The translations under genes were made by a program, and so were the position numbers. DNA of 64,000 nucleotides from Tubulanus polymorphus (taxonomy: Eukaryota; Animalia; Nemertea), in NCBI RefSeq assembly GCF_964204645.1, contig NC_134026.1, forward strand, positions 4,859,950 to 4,923,949, in the 5' to 3' direction. A model generated the notes under the pieces. That model saw only the letters and a list, made by a program, of their open reading frames with translations. It was not told the origin of the DNA and made no database searches. Below are positions 1-13,300 of the stretch, piece after piece (the stretch's first letter is position 1; every line of letters begins with the position of its first letter).

Positions 1-889
1 GTGATTTATGCTCGTTTAACGTGAATTCGGACCATTTCGATGTTCAATATCGGACGCTGCGTTCGCGTTGACAATTAAGTATTTGGCGATCGTCATTGGA
101 ATGCGTCGTGTATCGTCGCGCGTTGTTGTAATTACGAGCATTGAGTAGTCTGTAATGATCGCTGGAATATATTACAACTGATCCCGAATCCGCGATTGAT
201 GATGAAGTCGACGAGTAATTATCTTCTCTTCATTTCGTCGTCGTCGTCGTTCGGCGTATATTTGAGCGCCGGCGACCGCCGCTGTTTATTTCGTGCGGAG
301 GAGGGTCGCGACGCCGCGAGATTATTTCGATCCTCGTCGCGGCGACCTTTGATCGGGCGACGTCGTTGTCTTTTCGAATTCGATATTCATCCGCTGTTTG
401 AATTCCGACAAATCTCGTCTTCGATTTCAAAAGGCCGCGGATATTTTTCGCGCGCCCCAGGGTGTTTTTGCTTGATTAGATCTTCGCGATTTCGGACGAC
501 CGGGAATACCGCGACGTCGACGTTAAACGCGAATCTGGTGTTGAATACCGGGTTGAAAGTCTAGTTACAGTTTCGGCTCCGTCCTAATGTCAATTGATAT
601 TAGTAATGATTCCCTGAAGGACGCGGGCTTAGCATCTCGTCGTGACGGGTCGATGGCTTGCATTAAGTTAATCTCATGCTCGGTACGCGTCCCATTGAAT
701 TTTGAAGTTCAAATGATCATCAACTTTTTTTATGGGATTTCGTATCGAATCGCGGTCGTGTTTTGTCATTGGAGCGCTGTTAATACCGACGCGCGCCTTT
801 CTTGTGTGCTAAGCTCTTTTGGTATCCCTTTGAAAACCATATCATATCGAGTGAGAAGTGCAGAAACCATAGCTTATTACTGGGTTAGA

Positions 890-1104
890 AGCCGTTAGAG
901 GCGCACAGAGACGAATTGGCCCAGATCAGGTCTGAGTCAGGCTTATTAGAAAGAGCGTTCATATCCATATCACTAGATACTGAAGAACAATGTTGTGACT
1001 TCTGAACCAGTTGCAATTCACGGGCTAGAATTCCGTTTTTGGTCGGGCCAAACACCCGTTTGACACCCGTGTGAACCATTGGCCCAAGCAATGTGATCGC
1101 AGCT
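890..1104 (+). mobile_element. MITE family 1, degraded copy
   Basis: Shares gagacgaattggccc, ccagttgcaattca and the terminal tgtgatcgcagct with the copies at 5325 and 47683. Confidence 0.7.
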
Positions 1105-2709
1105 ATAAACTAACTTCGCCCTCAATGACCAGGAATGACATTCGCTGACATTAATTCTCGGTTGTACCTGGGAGTAATGGGACTGAATTACTCGAAGGTT
1201 GTACGTATTCACCCTAGGTGTGCAGGTATACTAAGTGCATTTGAATGTTGCTGTCGTAGCGTAGTAAAGTCAGGTGACTATTGATGAAGCCAATAACGAG
1301 AGATATGAGTTTTAGAATCATATTGGCTTCATCAATATCACATCTGGTGCTGTGATACGTTTGAGGTCATATTAGATTTTGCATCGATTGAAACGCCAAC
1401 CTCAGTAGGCACGCCGACTTGAATAGTGTCTGCAATGTTCATTTTTCATCGGGAATACCGTTTTTTCGATTTTCATTTTCCACGTTGATATTTTTAAATC
1501 GAAATTCGAAATTCGGATGCAGCTGTCTACGATTATCCATCTCCGGGGGGGGGCGTGGGGGAACGACGAACGGTGATATCGAGTTCTGTGGGAATGTAAA
1601 TTGGATCCGAAAGCCGAAGTGAAGAACCTTCTCTTCGGTAGAAACACTCATTACGTCGGGCTGTTTACTTCCACAACTCGAACTGTTTATCAATGAATGA
1701 GTCAGAAAGCAGCTACTCGCCGGCAACAGATGCAGATGGCCGATATTCATCAATAATTTACCAAAAGCAATAAAAAAAGGCTAAACGGGTAGTGCGCGCG
1801 CTAGAGAGAGGGAGGGTTCGAAGCTCACTACCTCGGAATAGAGACATTACAGCTCGTTATTATGTCTTTTCTTGGAAAAATACTGAACGATATTGAACAT
1901 TATCTCGCTGTTTGATACTACTTACGAATGATGTATCTCGGAATCATTCATTTATTCAATATTTTATGAACGCTGTTCGCAGAATCTACCGAATCTACAT
2001 GTTTAATAACGTCGAGTAATAGGGAACGAGTATATCAACGATTTCTTGTTTCTTTGTACAGCGCCAGGTCGGCGATTGCCATAAGCATTGCTATCACTAT
2101 AACTAAGTTTCTGAGAGTCAGTCGATGGAAGATGTGAAACTCGCATTAATGGCAGTTAGCTTTCAGGCGAAAATGAATGTGACAAAAATAACAATTGTCA
2201 CTGTATGTCTATTCACATTACTGTGTAAATCCTTATCGAATTACCGCACTGTAATTGACCCTTTTTTAGTGTATGTTAATTCTTTTAGATCCGAATTTTT
2301 ACATCATTCCTATTCCGAATGAGGGCTTTCAGCTTCACGACGAGAATGGCGCCCGTTTATTTTATATGACAAGTCCGCCTGTGAGTCAACCCTTTGAGGA
2401 ATTTGACTAACGGGGCCCCCGAAGTGAAAGAAACCACTTAAACTGATTAGAATTAAGACTAATCTCTAATTAAATTATTCTAATCTGATATCGCGCGTGC
2501 GTCTGTCCACGACTTTCTAATAAAACTGATAGCATCGTTTAAATTTCAAATTTCCGTCTCGCGGGTTTGATTGAAGTCGTGGAACGTCCCATGGTACCGT
2601 TCCCGAGTTGTCGGATGGGTTCGGTTTTGAGCGCTCGCTCTGGTGACATCTACCCGACATCTCGGTATAATTTAACACTTATAGAGCGAATCTGCGTAGA
2701 TATCGCATT

Positions 2710-2875
2710 AACCGTAATCGCCCTAGCATTTTTGGCCTGTCCCAAACTAGGGAGCCAAATGGGCCCATGCCTGTTTCGGCCGGACCAAACACATCAGACT
2801 CTCTCTAATTAGATGCTAGCCAAATTTGACTCGGGCCTGATCCGGGCCAAATGGTCTGTGTGTGCGATCTGGGCT
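2710..2875 (-). mobile_element. MITE family 1, internally deleted copy with ATT target duplication
   Basis: Degenerate TIRs, ctctctaattag and gggccaaat motifs, flanked by ATT (2707-2709) and ATT (2876-2878). Confidence 0.75.
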
Positions 2876-3273
2876 ATTATCATACCTTAGATTTTTCTCA
2901 CGACAAAAAATTTTATACGCTGCATGAAATAATTCTCATCGTGAATATCGCATGCGAGTTTTGTATTTTCGTCGAATTGGCTTTATTCCTCGGAGACTCG
3001 TGCTGTGACTGAAAATAATGCGAATGATTGGCATCCTACAATCCGAGAAGATAAGGAAATTTATAGATATTTTGAATTTGCTGTCGTGCTCGAACTGAAA
3101 ATGACACTGAGTCTTCGTGGTTTGAAATGAGTGCAATGCATTTAAACTGTCACTTCTCTAGGGATGTAGATTGAGCGCTTAACCATGAACTATTTTGTTA
3201 TCTACTGAGCTGTCTACATTTTGTGGTTGCTTTTTTCACTCAGAAGTAATTATAATTATGGTCTGAACGCATT

Positions 3274-3490
3274 AGCCATGATCATGCAAGGATTATTGGC
3301 CCGGGCCAAATTTGGCCTGGAACAACGGGGGGCCAAATTTGGCCAGACTAAAATCTTCAGATCAGGCCCTAGCCAAGTTTTAGCATGGGTCAAATTAATC
3401 ACTGGGTGTGAATTACAACTTATTGCTGAAGTGGCCACTTCAATTTCTTTGTATAGTATTGAGTGAATGATATATACAGCTATTCTCTCA
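3274..3490 (-). mobile_element. MITE family 1, truncated copy
   Basis: tggcccgggccaaatttggcc, ttttagcatgggtcaaat and agtattgagtgaatg are shared with the copy at 19055. Confidence 0.7.
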
Positions 3491-4469
3491 CTCTCACGAA
3501 GGTGTATTTCTAATTCATTATACTTTGCCGTTAATTTGAAATGTTTCATCTGGAGCTTGCCGAGGATCCACGATAGGATATATAATGCATTCTGCCAGGA
3601 AACGTATAACCATAGTTTGGTGTCCTTCTGTATAAGAAAATTTTTGTTGGAATAAAAACCGCACCCAAAATGGAGTTCATAACCTGGATCCGTCTGCATC
3701 AAAGCCATTTCTTACTTCATCTCCTGTAAGAGCCCAGTTGTACAGTTATCACTGTCCAAATCTAAAGATCGGTCTGGGATTGGCTATAGAACTTAGATGG
3801 TTTAAACGGGTTTTAAATGTAAGAAGCCGGTTGACCCCTGAAATCGTCTCAGGGAAGCAGCTAATGGACTAACTCTGAAGTGTATTTTGCTGGTCGTCGT
3901 GCCGTGCACACACACGAGGAGAGTAAATCGTTTTATATGAAAGAACTCTGGAAACATTGATTAACCGGCTATAAAGATATACATGCATGTATAACCAGCG
4001 GAATGGTATTCGATTGCTTTAAAAGCTTCCATTTCCTTTTCCTGAACTGTTTTCCACCGTGTCGGATGCGTTTATACTCGTAGGATTAGAGTAAAAATCC
4101 ATCACTCGGCGCGACATGTTTAAGAGTTCTCTTTGTATTAGTTTCGTGATTTTCACTTACGTTTTAGAGCGTATTGTGCGTCCCGTTATTTGATGAAAAA
4201 TCCGGGGACGAATAAATTACATAAGTTGCGTAACGCTATTTATGTTCTAGACTCTTTTGATGGGCAAGATTTAGAGAAAAATTCTTCTAAATATTGCTAT
4301 GCCCTTTTTACTATACAGTTTAGCTCATTGGGCTGATGTTTTGTATCTGGATGATACGCATCTAACATCCTATCATACAAACTTTCATAGTAGTTGTAGT
4401 TGTAAGCTTTGATTTCTCAGTTGGGCTCCGTCATATTGGGGCCTACGTTGACGGAATCCGCTGTCACTT

Positions 4470-4874
4470 TGCCCGTGATCAGCCATTCACACAAAGCAAA
4501 ATGGGCCAGTTCCTGTTTGACCTGGGCCATTGCTTGATGAAATACGTCGGACCAGGCCCGTGCCAAATTTTAGCAACGGTCAAATTATCCCATGTGAATT
4601 GATTGCAACTGGTCCCGGAAGTGACTCGCTTAGATTTGTCACAGCATTGATTAGTATCCAGGGTCCAGTTCCACAGTTCTGAGTTAAATTTGATTCTAGA
4701 GTTAAAACATTGAAAATGAACTGATTTTAACTCTGAGTTAACTTTAACTCACAACTGTGGAACTGGACCCAGTGGTTTACGTATGAACGCGCTCTCTTTA
4801 ATAACGCACCGGCCAAATTCGACACGGGCCTGATTGGTGCCAATTTGACGGAGGGCAAACATCTGATCACTGCT
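4470..4874 (-). mobile_element. MITE family 1 copy interrupted by a family 2 insertion
   Basis: Family motifs (caaattttagca, ttgcaactgg, gtgactcgctt, tggtttacgtatgaacgc) continue on both sides of the 4662-4769 insert. Confidence 0.75.
4662..4769. mobile_element. Fold-back MITE family 2 (PIF/Harbinger-like, CAG TSD)
   Basis: TIR GGTCCAGTTCCACAGTT(c/g)TGAGTTAAA, 27 bp with one mismatch, flanked by CAG on both sides. Confidence 0.85.
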
Positions 4875-5324
4875 TATATGAGTAGTTAGTATCATTACGT
4901 TAGTCAACATGTATGACTTCATATCGTCTGTCCATGATGGCGTCATTATGCAACGTTCGTATAGGACGTAAAAATACGATAAAAGTGAATTTACCGCGGT
5001 TTGTAACGACTCGACGCGTGAATGCCTCCCACATCGCGGTCGGGCTTAATTTCATTGCAATTAATTTTCAAACCGGCTTAAAACGTGACACGGTTGCCCT
5101 TGACGACCTGTTAACTATTAATCACAATCTGTAATGACAGTGATAGGCGAGAGAGAGAGACGGAGAGAAGCCAGATGCATTACTCGTGTGCAGCCTATAC
5201 GCCGTAAATCGCTTTTTCATCATCAGTTCAGGACTGTTCGCAAAATCACCCTCTCAAGATTAAAACACTGTCACAACTTGCCAATTCATTATCGCTGGTA
5301 TTAAATAGATATTTCAGTCACTTA

Positions 5325-5614
5325 AACCGCGATCACACGGAGATGATTTGGCCCGAATCCGACCCGAGCCAAATTTTGCCACTGCCTAATTAGAGAGCGC
5401 ACTCTCCATTAAACCACTCACTCGATACTAGACAATGCTTAAACAAAGCGAAGTGAGTCATATTTGAGACCAGTTGCACACCCATTGATTTTTCCTGTGC
5501 TAAAATTTGGCTCAAGTCAAATTAGACCCGGGCCAAACAGGCATTAGGCACCCACGTGAACAGTTGTTCCCGGCCAAATTTGGCCGTGGCCAAAAACACT
5601 CGTGTGATGGCGCT
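5325..5614 (+). mobile_element. MITE family 1, near full-length copy (~290 bp)
   Basis: Termini aaccgcgatcacacg ... cgtgtgatggcgct, internal GGCCAAATTTGGCC-type palindromes, flanks TTA/TCA. Confidence 0.85.
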
Positions 5615-8600
5615 TCAGGCATCATGATCCCATAAGATTTGGCACTTTTATAGCCATACTCCACAGAGAACACATAGATTTATGCAACAGCCTCATTTAG
5701 CCTCGACAAACGCAATGATTTATTCTACAAGAAAAGTCCAGACATTTTTTAGTATGAATCAGCATTTTAATGGCTCTGAAATGGTTCCGAATGATGTAAG
5801 ATGTAGATATCACATTTCACTAGAAGTGTTTGATGTAAGATGTTAATGCTTGAAATATTTATACATTGCTGAGCACAAGAATGTTTAATCTACGTAAAAT
5901 ATATGGAATTGAAGAAGAAATCGGCCCCTAGACTAATAAAAGCTAAAATAAAAGCTAGATGAAGTTATTGCTCTCCCAGTTGAGCTGAGAATAATAGCAA
6001 TAATATCAAAGATGTGTGCTGAGATTGATTCATTATTGTGGTAAAAGTGTCTCATTATTTCTGACAGTTATTCATATCTCAGTATATTATTGAAAGCGGT
6101 TGTATCGGGTAGTTCTGTGCAAGGTGTTTTCTTTGTGAATAGATACAACCAAAAAAAACACGATAATAGTGAAATTGATTGTGCATCGTGAAAATTCGTA
6201 CATATCATGAATTTATAATGAACTATCGGACAATTCTGTGTTTGAAAGAAAATTCGATATCTCCGAGTACAATTTATTGAAAGCTAACATTAGTCACACG
6301 GGCGAATTTGGAAACTTGCGTACGACTGTGCTATGTCAACAAATGATCAGAATTTCATTTTGTGGGAACGTCGACAAAAAGAGATGCAGAATTGAACAAT
6401 TATAGGTTTGAAATGTAATTTAGATAGATCCCCATGAATAGTATTTTTGATGAATGTTACCTTTTCTCATTTTAGTATCTAGAAATATCATTTCTGAAAG
6501 TATCTGTTATATGACAAGGCTAGTTCGGCGCATAGATGGTCTAAGTGGTATTTTTATAGAGAATAATAGTGGCCTCAGTGTTTTTCCTATAAATAATCGG
6601 GTAGCCTGCTTCATCGAAGAAAAACAGGTTCATAGATCTAGTTGTTTATAATGGCTCGATTGCTTCCTTGATTAAAATTTTTATTATCGGCGGTTTGTTT
6701 ATAAAAACGGTGCATTCCGTTGATTAGAGGTTACGCTGTGATACTGATTGATGTTTGGATGTCTATCCCAAAATGCTGCGAAAATGGCCAAACACAAAAA
6801 TGAGTGAAATTACTTCTGGGAGAAGGTTAAGAATAAAAGATCTCTTAACCAGTAACAGAATCAAAAGATAAATCTGTCTTCCCAGCTCTATTATGGGCAG
6901 TGATGAGTGCGCCATCTATACAGATCTATGTGAAACTACTCTTCTGCCAACACCGTTCGTAATAACGATAACTCGGCTGTTGTGCATGGGAATCTAATCG
7001 TGTCTTGTGCTGGTTAGATGTTAGATGGCAGCATTGTAAGTTAGCGTTCCAAGTGACTGTTAACAGCGAGCTTTGGCTACTTATCGTTAGATGGAGTACT
7101 TGACAACACAGCAGTCAGTGACTGCTACATGGAATCAATACCACGATCAGCAATATTAGATACCTTTATGAATGCATCTAGCTTTTAAATGTATCTACCA
7201 ATAAAAATACATAAGTTATCTATCAATGATCAATTCTAACAGCCTTATAAGCACCAATTATCATATATTTATATAAGTTTAGAAATTCTGAACATGTCAA
7301 AGCATTTTATAATCAATTTTTAGTCCCCGATGATTTTTAGCTGCGATGCTTCAGTAAATCTGCAATCTGCGATTACTTTCCGAGGAGGTATTTCGAAGTT
7401 CGATAGTCAAAGTGATGTATCGTTAGGTTATTGAACCGGTGTCGCATCTTTTTATGTCGCGCCGCTGCTGACTGGCTGACTTTGAATGCGGCGGTCGGTA
7501 CATGACTGCTCGATTCTATTGCTTCGATCCAGAGTTGTGTTTGCTCATGTTTTTGTAAATCTATACGGGCAGCGAGTTATCGGTGGTTGTCACAAGCAGA
7601 TCGCGGCGCCCGATCATGTGGAAGCGCCATTGATTTTACAGTTTCCGCTCGCCGGTAGCGCGCCATCGCCGCAGCCACCGCTGAGGATAACGAGGAGCGT
7701 TGCCGCGGCTGCCATGACAGGTTGATATGAAAGAGTGGCCTCGGCGCACGACGCTGTTGAAGCGATCAATATGCCAATATTCCATTCGGTAATGTTGTTT
7801 AGACCCGTGTTTATTACGGTGTGAATAGATTTGAAATACCCGCTGTACTGGACAGCACCTCGTCATAGTCGTAGCCATTCGATTATTCCACTTTGTACCA
7901 ACAATCAATAAATCATTTTATTACCACCTGTTGATAGGGTAATTATCAGGGTACTATACTTTTTCTTCGTGTTTGACTTCTTGATTTCTGGATGGTGTTT
8001 TCATTCGACAAGACATACATGGAAATGGGTAGGCAGTGGTAGGCCGCTGATACAGTTTCTGATGATAGTAAATTCCTAGTAACATTGAAGAGGCTCGATG
8101 ATGCACCCACAATGATGAATTCATGCGCAGCAAAACAAGATTTGCGCCATCCGATAAAAATTTCTTTTCTGTACCCTGTCTTTGAGACGAACCGTATTCT
8201 GTTTCTGTTTACTCAAAATGTGGGTGTTTGTTTTTTTTGGGTGGTTCGAGATTTTTTAATAACCGCTCAATGGATGCTATAATATTCGATTGCGTATGGG
8301 AAAATTGATCTTATGTTTTAAATGTTCGCGTATAACGTTTCATTCTTACCAGTATCGATTGTGGTTCTCCGTATATGTATTAATGCAGCTTTTGTGAACT
8401 CTTGAGTGGTTTGGCAGCCACTCCTAAATATCGGCTCAGTCGTCGTAGAGGTTGTGCTTCGAATGTGATACGTCTGCTAAACACTACCAAACGCTATGTC
8501 TAAATCATAATAAAGATCGTTATCTAATTGTCTTTATTCGTGTCTCTCGATTTCAAGATTAATTTCGATATGAAGTTTATATTTCAATCGTTAAACATAA

Positions 8601-10295
8601 ACATCTATTGTAGCGATACGCACACGATCAATGTTCAAATATTCGCGTCTATTCGTTAACGAGAGCATGAAAAATGTCAGCGATAATTGAAGTCATATCG
8701 GAAATGAAAATTAATCTTCTCGCTTCGTCTGTTTGCTGACTGAGTGTTATAAACGACTGAAATTTCTTGAGCAGCACGATCTCGATTTGAATGGAAATTG
8801 ATTTCGCGCAGAAAACCATTTCAAGCTATGCAACTTATAGGAATAGAATTCATTCGATTTAATTCGATGTTATTAGGAAAAAATGATGCCTTAAAAATCA
8901 TCGCGTAATAACCTGTTGTACTTATGTTCGGAATCACCAGATGGCGTGATCACAATAATGAACTCTTTTGATGCCGTAAAAACCGTTACAATAGTGCTGA
9001 CATACATTGATACCTAGCTACTTTATTAGCGGTAATATTTGGCGATATATACACGTTATTTTTCTTCGAGGCATCAATAAACTTTCAAGTTAGTTTTCAT
9101 GTCGATGATTTGTCCTAATACCGCTGTACCGGAGGGGGGAGAGCTGGGATAAAATGATTTTTGTAGCGATTCAGATGATTTTTCGTCGTCGACGCGACAC
9201 ACCGCTTACGACGAGACGGATCGGCGTTGATCTGCGTTCAATCATTCTCATTTCGACAATTAATCGATATTTATGGCGGAAGGTATTTATATTGTTTTTT
9301 ATGGATCGTTTACGGGCGGTGAGATGGCGAAACGCGATTGCGGCCGACCCGGCGACGACGGCGACGCCGGCCTCTTTTTGAAGAGACGGTTAATTAATAA
9401 TTATTATTAATAATCCCCGACGATCTATTATTTCGGATCGGACGCGCACAGCCGAATCTGAAACGCGGCATCAATTAATTAGCCAACGATTTCGGCTTTT
9501 CATGCGTCATGCACCTCGGATTACGTCGATCTAACGACAGTCTCGGTTCTATAGACCGTTCACTTTCATTTCCCGGTCCTTATCGCGCATCGAAGAAACT
9601 CTATGTATATATGTATATTTAATGGAATCTGTCGGGACATCCGGACTCGTGTATGTCATACACTCGCCAGCCGAGCGCTGATGTTCATACCGAATGAAAT
9701 GATAGAATCGTATCCCTGAGCTTACTTTTATTGTATGTCAACGGATCAAACCGGATCGGCACGAATTCGCAAAAATTAATCCCGCCGAATTTCGCCGTAA
9801 ATCGGCTGAAATCGGGGACTTTTTTACGCCAATAGTTGATCGAAAAGTATAAATGTCGTAGTTCGTATTTTATCCAAAAAAAAATATAATCAATTTCAGA
9901 AAGAAAGTGTTTGCTCGAGCAGCGTATTTGTTCTAAGTGTTTTCACTGCAACCGGAGTTTGCCTCCATCACGAGCCAAAATTCTTAATCCCGGTGAACTT
10001 AGCAAACACTAAACTCAGCTATAAGTACAGTTTTATTATTGTCATCCTCGACAATTTCTTATCCATTATGGAAGTTATAGTTGCCTGAGTCGTGGAAAGT
10101 TTTCTGTCATTTCTTTGTTATCATTAAATTTACGTTTATATCCAAAATATAAACGTAAGCCTATCTATACATTCATAGGTACACCAGCATTAATATGACA
10201 CTTATATCCGAGTGGTGATATTGCGATGATAATATTAAGAGAATCCCACACGAAAAATGAAAAATTTGAGTAAAAAAAATGTTTCCTAGAGCTAG

Positions 10296-10350
10296 TGATT
10301 TATTTGACGTTTCGACTATGTTCTAATAGTCATCTTCAGGAATGCTGTAT
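10296..10350 (-). ncRNA. Candidate minimal hammerhead ribozyme (stem I degraded)
   Basis: Minus strand reads CUGAAGA-U-GACUAU(UAGAAC)AUAGUC-GAAA-CG-UC-AAAUAAA: a perfect 6-bp stem II, palindromic ACGU and a GUC triplet. Confidence 0.55.
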
Positions 10351-13300
10351 TCCTCTTTCTATAACTACGCTAGTAAGATTTTGCATAATAAGAATGTGAT
10401 TTTGCATTTTTTCAAAGATAGCGCCGGCAGTAGCGATGTTTCGAATATCGGCTCCAATGACTGTTGATCAGGCGTCTGCGAAATTTGACATGATAAATCA
10501 TCGATTATTACGTATATGAATGTCAGAAACATTATCGCATATGCGCATTACCATTGTACTGATTTATTGGAGGAAGTGCCGCGGGGCGCCGCACGAAATT
10601 GTATCGACTATTTTAGGTAATCGGTGCCCGAAACGCTGCTCTTTAAACGATCTACTATATTATACCTGAATACGTAAACTATTTGCTCCCGCCGTTTTTC
10701 GGAGTATGTAAAACATGGTTATATAGGATGGTGAAAAATGAAGAAAAATATCGCCTTACCTTTATTATGAGCGTGTAATCTTATTAGCTCCGTGGTTCAG
10801 TCGGTCGGTGATGGCGAACGCGATAACGATATCATTAATTACTGTCCGATCATGATGATGATGAGGATGATAATGATGGAACCGTCATCTGCCACTTGTG
10901 GTAGAAGTTATCATCGCCGGCCCCGAAAATACGGTAATTATTCCCGGGCGCTCGAATCCGAATTGTCGTCGTCGTCGTCGTCGATGCGGCATGGGCGTCG
11001 AGCACCTGGTTGAGTAATTCTTCTCCGCGCGGCTGCTGTCATCATTAAATGTATGAAATTCCCTCGACGGGAGACGCAGCCGACTGGCAACCGCTGAGAG
11101 AGCAGTCTCAACGAACGAGTGAGCCGGCGCGCACATACGTACGAATGGAACGACTGATTTTTACGGCGGCAGTGCGAAGGGGAAAATGATTTGTCATCTT
11201 CGTTAACAAACACATCATTATTGCGATATGACCGCTGCTGTCGTGTACACGTCTCTCCGGTGGACGTGTAGAATTGTAGGTTTTAATTACTGCCATATCC
11301 GGTAAAATGAGAAGATAACATACGTGAAAAAATGTTCCAGGTCTTAGTCGCGTTAATGCAGCCATTATTCTTATCAGTACATTTGAGTCCTTTTTTATTC
11401 GATGTAGATGATTACATTGCTTAAAAGATGCTTATTACAACTGATACAAGAGCTCGGCAGTAACTGGCCGGGTAACTGTCATTTGTTAAGGTTTTATGCA
11501 CAAAACGTCATTTGAGAGTCGGTTAGTTGCCGGTATCGTTTCGTAAGCTGCCGACGCCAGATGATTTGATGATCATACTCCATTTATCCCTGTGTGTAAA
11601 ATCTGCCGAATCCCCGTGAAATATGGAGTTATTGCCTGCTGCGATGAATTAATATTGTTTTATGATAAAATCGCTATGCATATTGTAGTCTTTAGTGACG
11701 TATCCGCGGGGTGCGGGTATGTGTGCCCGCCTATAAATTGATAAATTGCTCTTTAATACTGAGTTGGTTCTAGATGAAATTATGATGAAACAAAATGATG
11801 TATGTTAGTTTTTAGCTGATAGTCCGTGCTAGTGATATTGAGAGCATTTATTTGAGATTTGCCCAAATTGGACCAAAAGAATTAGATCCAAATATAAGCC
11901 ATGACAAAATGACCTAGGAGGTTGTATATATATTCTGTCAAACAAGCTACTGGTACCGGAAGGGCCTCATCCACAGGGTGTAAATCATCGGCCGATCAGT
12001 ATTCTACTGCTCAATGCTTTTGGGTTAAGATCAGTGGTTGAATCATTTGATCAAAATCTGGAACTGTTGATGAAATTTTTCTAAGTTTAAGAGTAGAATA
12101 GATAGCTACAGAGTGTTCTTAAGTAATTTGATTTATGAATAAAGGATAGCATCCAGAAACCTATCTATGAGGTACCTGCTGTGAGGTGTTCCAACTTGGC
12201 AGCGATCACAAAACTGGATGTTCTATAATGAAAGATTAGGAAACGAGCCATCTCATGACCTTAGTCTCAACCTTTGTCAGTTCATCAGTAATGATTATAA
12301 CAATCTCTTAGATGGTCATCAGTACCGGTAATCGTTAGACAAGAGATGCTAGTTTGAAAATCTGGATGTTGTTTGTATCTAGTCGAGCGCTTTATAAGCC
12401 ATGTAATTATGATTGTTGATTCGCATGTTTCAGTTGCAGGGACAGTGATTATTCTAGCAATTCGGGACAATACCGAGTGTTAATAGGTGTTACTGTATCC
12501 ATTGATTAGTGCTAATGACTCATAAATTGCGTAACGAGAAATACTAGTCCGTTGCCAGAGAGAATGGCGGTCCATCGTAGAGTTAATGTCATAGGGGGGC
12601 ATAGATGCCAGTAGCTAGTAATCATCAGCTCTGTTGATGCCGCGCCGTTGCGTCTCTTCTGTTGCCCGGACCGTGAGAATCGCCGCATATGACTGGGATT
12701 GATTCCGCCAAGAACAATCGCTGCCTGCGTTTTGAGCACGAAATAGGAATCCGGCTTCGATCGCGATGTATATTCACGCGCCAGAAATCGGGATCGGAAA
12801 CGGATAATAACGCGGGCTCGGCCGACAGACGCTTCGAAGGCGCGGCCGCTGAGTGACCAAAATCCAGCTATACCAATCTCATTTCGCACGCGATAACCAT
12901 CAGTGTTTTATTGATTGTAGTTTCCAAATGAATCTGATGGTTGCCTGGGTAAACTTAGTTAACATTGCGAACTAAGTGAAACTAAACGTGAGATAGTCAG
13001 AACTATGGTCCGAAAATGGTCGACCACGGGATTGAGCGCGGTTGCTGTAGTGTGGACCAACTTCCAAGATGGCCGACACTGTGAAATGCGTTTGATTATT
13101 AGTTCCATTCACTAGTTGACTTATTACGAGAACTGAAGTTCACATTGCGTGTGAGTTTGTTGGTTAGTTTCGGTTATTGGTAGCGATGGATGAAGATTAA
13201 GGTCGACTCAGAGTTAATCGAGTTGGGAGATGTCTCCGTCGCCGCTGACAACGGCGACGGGAAAAATGAAATTTCCATTCACGACAGCGGAATTGAGTTC

